Positions 49,519-55,699 of a DNA stretch of 55,699 bases are shown in pieces. The stretch comes from Octopus bimaculoides. Its lineage: Eukaryota. The stretch is taken from NCBI RefSeq assembly GCF_001194135.2, contig NC_068985.1, positions 3,374,318-3,430,016 of the forward strand, read 5' to 3'. Both the position numbers and the translations under genes were made by a program. Positions within the stretch are counted from its first letter, which is position 1; every line of letters begins with the position of its first letter. The notes under the pieces were generated by a model that saw nothing but the letters and a program-made list of their open reading frames with translations, had not been told where the DNA came from and did not search any database.

Positions 49519-49926
49519 TAGTTTTATTTTTATAACGTGCTTTCACTTCACTACCGAGCGCAGCTCTGTGCGCCTTGGGTATGTGCTGTGGTTTGCTGTG
49601 ATGCTCTTATGGTTACTGTATTGAAAGTGTTTTGCGTAGGATGTGTGCAGTGCCCAGTAGTGCAATTTTCTGTATGTTATATATATTTGTAAGTCCTGGT
49701 GTTTTTGTTATTTATTTGTCTGAATATTTTTTATTATACCTAAGGCACCTACTATGATAGGAATTGTTTCTGTTTTTAGATTCCACATTCGAGTTTCCTC
49801 TATTTCCAGGTCTTTGTATTTTGAAAGTTTTTCCATTTCTTTTAGAGAAACGTTGTCATCTGCTGGTATTGATACATCAATTAGAAAGCATTTTTTTTCT
49901 TCATGATCTTTGACAACTATATCTGG
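49516..49926 (-). mobile_element. R4/Dong-clade LINE 3' end between two (TAA)n tracts
   Basis: RPDIVVKDHEEKKCFLIDVSIPADDNVSLKEMEKLSKYKDLEIE..RMWNLKTETIPIIVGALG...[20 protein letters not shown]. Confidence 0.9.
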
Positions 49927-49928
49927 TC

Positions 49929-49979
<51 letters not shown>

Positions 49980-50275
49980 CATTATTATTGTTGAAGGTGG
50001 CAAGCTGGTACCGCACTGGGCAACACACTTACCAAGATGTCATCAGTCGCTACATTTGGAAAGGCTGTGAGCTGGCAGAATCATTAGCATGCTGGGCAAA
50101 ATGCTTAGTGGTATTTTGCCTGTCGCTACATTCTGAGTTCAAATTCAACTAAAGTCGATTTTGCCTGTCATCTTTTCAGGATCGATAAATTAAGTACCAG
50201 TTGCATACTGGGTCGATAAACTCGATGAGTCTCCTTCCCCGAAATTTCAGTCTGTTTGTCTATAATAGAAAGGAT

Positions 50276-50303
50276 TCTTCTTCTTCTTCTTCTTCTTCTT
50301 CTT

Positions 50304-50371
<68 letters not shown>

Positions 50372-50396
50372 CATCATCATCATCATCATCATCATT
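50276..50396 (+). repeat. (TTC)n(TTA)n(TCA)n compound microsatellite
   Basis: Direct reading. Confidence 0.95.
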
Positions 50397-50574
50397 AGGT
50401 GGTAAGCTGACAGAATTGTTAGCATGCTGGGCAATCTGCTAAGTGGCATTTCGTTCATCTCTATGTTTCAAATTCTGCCAAGGTAGACTTTGCCTTTCAT
50501 TTTGTTGAAGTAAAAAAAAAAAAAAAAAGGTTATGACCCTGGGGGTCGATGCAATCCCAAAATACCAAGCTCTG

Positions 50575-50815
50575 TCTTGAGGATTGCCCTTACTCTGCGA
50601 TAACATTCTTTTCTGATCTTTCCTCCCCCCTCATCATTGAATGCTTAATTCCATCCCCTTCAAATACCACCAGGTATTTGTAATCCTCCTCTGGTTCTAA
50701 CTCCTTTATAAAATTCTGTTGGTCAAGTTTCACATTGAATGTTTCTGTCACTTTCCCTGTGATAAAGAGAGCTTTTGTGCATTTATCTTGGCCAAATTCC
50801 ATCCTGATGTCATCA
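50575..50815 (-). mobile_element. R4/Dong-clade RT C-terminal fragment
   Basis: MEFGQDKCTK...LEPEEDYKYL..FEGDGIKH. Confidence 0.75.
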
Positions 50816-50860
50816 CTAAATTGCAGTTGCTGTTGTGATCATCATCATCATCATCATAAT

Positions 50861-50895
<35 letters not shown>

Positions 50896-51174
50896 TCATC
50901 ATTATTGCAATAAAGAAAGGTTTATGATTATTTTTCAATTGTGTTAATTTTCATTTCATGATTTTGCTGCACCATCAAGTGCAAAATGTGAATCACGTGC
51001 ATGTGTAGTCTTTTCTCTGTGTTTTTGTTTTTATTTGTATTGATAGAATATGTTGTCAGGCTGTAAAATGCTTAAACAGCAATGATATTGATTCCGATTA
51101 TATAGGTATAATATAGAATCTTTAATTAGGTAGGCTAATTTTAATGAAATTTTTATACAATTAATTATAGGCAT

Positions 51175-51716
51175 AGGAGTGGCTGTGTGGTAAGTAGCTT
51201 GCTTACTAACCACATGGTTCTAGGTTCAGTCCCACTGCATGGCACCTTGGGCAAGTGTCTTCTACTATAGGCTCGGGCCGACCAAAACATTGTGAGTGGA
51301 TTTGGTAGACGGAAAGTGAAAGAAGCCCGTTGTATGTATGTATATATATATGTATATTTCAATACAAATGTATTAATTTCCAGCAAAATAAAACCCTGAT
51401 ACAATAGCGTCGTAATTATATCGATTGCTATTTTCCAGTAAATTTTGGTGCCTTGTTGTACCACTCTTCTGAATTTATATATATATATGTATATATGTAT
51501 GCGTGTGTATATGTTTGTGTGTCTGTGTTTGTCCCCCCAACATCGCTTGACAACCGATGCTGGGGTGGTTATGTCCTTGTAACATAGCGGTTCAGCAAAA
51601 GAGACCAATGGAATAAGTACTAGGCTTACAAAGAATAAGTCCTGGGGTCGATTTGCTCGACTGAAAGTCGATGCTCCAGCATTGTCGCAGTCAAATGACT
51701 GAAACAAGTAAAAGAG
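51175..51716 (+). mobile_element. SINE family A with about 130 bp inserted in its (TA)n core
   Basis: Head 51175-51340 and tail 51490-51716 are both homologous to family A. Confidence 0.85.
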
Positions 51717-53724
51717 TAATGTTTTTTGTAAATAGGCTTCAGATAGAGTAGATATCAATTATATCAGAATTTATTGGGGGAAAAATCCTGGTGGATATCT
51801 ATTCTATCACTGCTTTGAGAGACGGATTTTTCGTGTGGACTCTCCCCATTATGCTTGAGATCTCTTTTCAGCCAACCTGACTGTACTGAAGAAGATGGAC
51901 AGAGGCACCTTTTAATGACTTGAAGACAGGATGACATGTAGATCAGTCAAGGATGACCTGAGCGAGGCACTAAGCCCTTTCTAGCTGGGGGTGGGAGTTA
52001 AGTGTGGCCAGACTACATACAGCCTCCTTCGTCACCTTGACCCTATTAAAGCTAGATATATAAAAATGCCTCCAACTGCGTTAGGCGGGCCTACATCTTG
52101 GAGACGTGCTCCCTCATTACACCCATTTGCAAACCTTTCCTATAAGACACACAGCACACTCACGGCTGAGGACAACAAGAACGGTCTTGACTGTGGGGAT
52201 GGTTAGCGCCCCAATGGAATAACTCTCTTCCTGTACGAGGGAGGCAAATCACTAATCTGTGACATTTTGCAACACGTTCTCCGGCTCCAACTTCACTGCA
52301 TTGAAAGCAAACCCATGTATCGCTGCCCTTAATACAGAGTTGACGAAGATGTAGCAGAAGTGATTTACAACTGTCATTAAGTGTGAGATATTTTCGTTTT
52401 GACTCATCCAGGATTAAATACCCGAATATCGGCTCCACAAGCCTTTTCGTTCCAGCAGGTCACATGATTAAACGAACCAGTTGTTTATACTGGTCGGTTT
52501 CCAGCTGTCCAATCGTGTTGGTGCAACAGTTCATTTTCCCCTTACACGGGAAATTGATCACCAGCTCCTGGGAGCCCACTGTTCCCTATAAGAACGGCAG
52601 TTCTTGACCGCGCTAGGTCTCTGACACACGCCACTGACCACACGCAAATCGTCTCTGGCAACGACGTATCTGATACTAGCCAGTTTCCGTTTTCACCTCC
52701 TCCAGATACTTGCCTATATCGTTGCTGTATGAACACCACATGACCAACAGATCAACGGCTGCCTCTATAGACCACCAGACAGTATGTCAACTTTGCCTAC
52801 AAGATGAACATTCCAGCCTAACCACGAAGTCTCTCACACATCTTTGTTGTAACCTGTTAGTTTATTTTATTTCATGTATTGCAATCATTGTATTTTATAA
52901 CGGAGAATAAATCGTCCCTTACCAGTTCATTTCATTTCGAGCTACATATCCATATATATCTATTTCAACCATTTCCTCATTTACTCACCAACTGTTATAA
53001 AGATAACTAAATACTGAAGTTTGACTGACCGCTTTTTTCTGCCTGTTACTATTATCATTTCACTGTAGCGGCTTGCTGGCCACTTTTCCCTCCTGTCTAT
53101 AAAGATATCTTACCCGATCTTCTGAGCTGTTTTCACAGCTATTCTCCTGTGTTTGAGATTTCTGTGACTTCTAAAATGCCTGCTTATCATATTCAGCGAG
53201 GAAAGTAGCTGGGAGAAAGACTCACAGCATCCTTAAACTTTTAGACGATCTGTTTGTATCATGGTTATGGAGCCATCTAAATATGATTCTATTCAGAAGG
53301 CTGTTATATCATTTGATAGGAACACGGTACAAAGAAATACACTGGACAAGTCTGTAACCTTAAATACCTTTAATGTTAGCCTCACACATATATACAAGCT
53401 GAATGATAAATGGAAATGGTTTGATGTGTGGAGGCCATGATCTTCTCCTGTGCGTTGTCTCCTGTCTACTAGTCGCCGCGTCTCATGAGAGAGCCAACTA
53501 GATCATGTCCTCACTCTACGACGTCAAGATGCCAGAAGAGAAAGTCGCAGGACCTCGTGTCAGAATCTTACTGCTACTTGCACTGTCTATCGCGAGCTTG
53601 TTTGAACTCGCTGACAAGGGAGGTAACTGCGCCTACAGCCTGTTTGTCTTCCGCCTTGCTGTACACTCTGTATACGTTATGTCGTTTGTTTATTTACCAT
53701 ATATTTTTTTTCATTTATTATATA

Positions 53725-55320
53725 TAACTTAGATATGTTTCGACCAAAGATTGGTCCAGGCCATGTCTAACTTAATGGCACCACCTGATAGGATTATCTG
53801 AATCCTTTTAAAATCAAGTTTTGTAGTATCATAGTCCATTCAAGTAGGGAGTTCTTGTTGAATGAGTTGTATCGAGGTATAGGTGGCTTATCTGGTATTC
53901 CTTGATGAAATTTGTCCAGATTCCGTTTAAAAGTAATAAGATCCTTTTCTTTTTTGATCTGTTTCGAGGGCAGGGCCTGTTGAGGAGTGTATTTATGTGT
54001 TGTGATCCTGAATTGGGTAGGCCCGTGTCCTAGTCTTAGATGAATTCTGAAACTAATATTGAGGTCATTTGGGCAATGCTGGTGGTATATTCTCCGCATC
54101 ATGCAGATGATGTATCGCTCACGGCGGCGCTGGAGAGAATAGAATTTCAATGCTTTAAGTCGTCCCAATAATCGAGATCAGACATACCTTTAATTCTTTT
54201 AGCGAATGCCCTCTGGGGTGATTCAGTTTTCGAAATATTTTGTTTTGTATGGGGAGACAACAGGGAGCAGCAGTATTCGAGGTGGCTGTACAAAGGAGGA
54301 AAGAGGAATGATGACACCTTGTTCTCTGGACCGAAAAGTTCTTAAGATCCAGGAGCTCATCCTACGAGCTCTATCGACCTTATTGTTGATGTGGACACTC
54401 CAGCTGAAATTGTTGTCAACAATTACTCCTAGGTCTCTGATATTATCAGATGTTGTGAATGGTTCTCCTGAAGGAAGAGAGTATGTTTGTTTTAGCATAG
54501 TATTTTATCCAGAATGCATCAGCCCAAACTTTCCTTCGTTTAGTTGCATTTTGTTTTTGTCTGCCCATTGATTCACAGCATGGAGATCAGACTGGAATTC
54601 AGTTCGGTCTTCTCCATTGATAATTTTCTGGGGATTAGAGTCATGATGCTGGAAAGGTCGTTTAGATAGACCATAAAGAGAAGCCGGCCCAAGACAGTTC
54701 CCTGATGGACACCAGTGTAGTAGTTTTTCACCAATTCCAGCATTTGACAATTTTGACTTGGATATTGTGGTCGACTCTGTCGAATACTTTACTGAAGCCA
54801 AAATATATGACATCACAAAATCTAACGACATCATGGATGTGGCATAAGAGCTGTGTTAGACAGTCCCTGCTACAGAGGAAGCCATGCTGGTTTGAATTTA
54901 GGAGATTGTAGTTCTCCAGGAAGCCCTGCTATCCTTGATCTCACCACCCTTTCAATCACTTTAATGATATGGGAGGTGTATGAGATTGGACGATAGTTGA
55001 CTGCGAGAGCGATAGTTGACTGCTTCGGTATATAACCTGAGTCTAAAGAATTTCTCCAGAGGTTAGTTAGAGGGACTGCAAGTTGGTATCTATAGTCCTT
55101 CAGGAGACTAGCGGGGAATCTGTCAGGGCCTACAGCAAAATAGGGTTTGATCTCATTTATTGCTGCTATGATATCTGGAGCAGTAAAAAGTTATATCCGA
55201 AATTAGATGTTGAAGATCGACTTCGTTCACATCTCTTGCGTCAATATTGATGGAACCACTAAGGACAGAGCACTATTGTTTCTGCAGTACTTCTCCCATT
55301 TTTAGGCATCATGTTGGATA
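53725..55320 (-). mobile_element. CR1-clade LINE RT region and 3' end, degenerate
   Basis: YRPISLTSHIIKV.ERVVR, NQHGF, FSKVFDRVDH, DLHAVNQWADKNKMQLNEGKF, DLGVIVDNNFSWSVHI and LYSLQRRRER-like motifs. Contains frameshifts. Confidence 0.88.
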
Positions 55321-55324
55321 TATA

Positions 55325-55699
55325 TGTAGTGAAACTACCTACCGCCATTAGATACAAAACTACTATCGCCATTACATACAATCTTCTCATTTAAATATAA
55401 ATAAATGCGAGCGTAGTAGAGAACCCATTCCTTGTCATCACGTGACTGATTATTATTCGAATCGGCAACTTCTTCGAACCTTTCCCGCCAGAACGCAAAC
55501 TGACCAATCACGGACCCTAATAAGGTCACGTGATAGAGTAAAATTCTGAAGCCATCTGGGAGCCCTCTTAACGCTATATATAGATCAACTCATACCCCAC
55601 AATTTGTCTCGGTCCAGTTTCTCTTTGAGAACTGTTCCGTGTACCACACGACAGCAGCAGCAGCAGTTCCAGCGACCACTTCAATAGCTTCGTCCAGCC
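55325..55699 (+). mobile_element. LTR of the same family as 9161, truncated by the window edge
   Basis: Near-identical to 9161-9485 (about 10 differences in about 325 nt, counted by eye); interrupts the CR1-like LINE. Confidence 0.9.

Noticed and set aside
51740-53700. Short ORFs (60-92 aa) in a GC-richer stretch
   Set aside because: No consistent exon chain. It probably holds old LINE/LTR debris (faint RTE endonuclease-like words on the minus strand near 52700-52950), too decayed to classify.
53725-53770. GGACC..GGTC-GAAA stem at the CR1 3' end resembling half a hammerhead
   Set aside because: There is no CUGAnGA core upstream. The CTGATGA hits at about 6672, 10606 and 46155 lack a matching stem II-GAAA.
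9161-55699. Idea that the two LTRs delimit one 46-kb LTR element carrying the gene
   Set aside because: The left LTR has its own matching AATG TSD on both sides, so it is an independent solo LTR.

Overview
AT-rich, repeat-dense eukaryotic genomic DNA with eight N gaps. The SINE families, microsatellite load and LINE complement look like an octopus (coleoid cephalopod) assembly; this is inferred from sequence style only. Two protein-coding genes can be built by hand. (1) The first two coding exons of a minus-strand SMYD4-like TPR gene (4584-4442, 988-844), which runs off the left edge. (2) A complete 15-exon plus-strand gene (17264-47294, 2337 nt, 778 aa, all GT-AG, all phases consistent). It encodes a signal peptide, two tandem LolA/ependymin-like domains, a possible SEA-like module, a basic Ser/Thr mucin stalk, one TM helix and a short tail ending in YTQF. 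Everything else is transposon-derived: several tRNA-type SINE families; RTE, L1/Tx1, CR1, R4/Dong and HERO-like LINE relics; a solo LTR with a 4-bp TSD plus a second copy at the right edge; hAT and Tc1/mariner MITEs; and a hAT transposase relic. The most notable non-coding signals are a roughly 150-bp (TAA)n-anchored repeat with a minimal hammerhead-ribozyme motif (7 copies, twice as inverted pairs) and a near-perfect 61-bp-arm hairpin in intron 3. Exon, TSD and hairpin coordinates were counted base by base; SINE and LINE limits are approximate. No database search was possible, so family names come from motif recognition.
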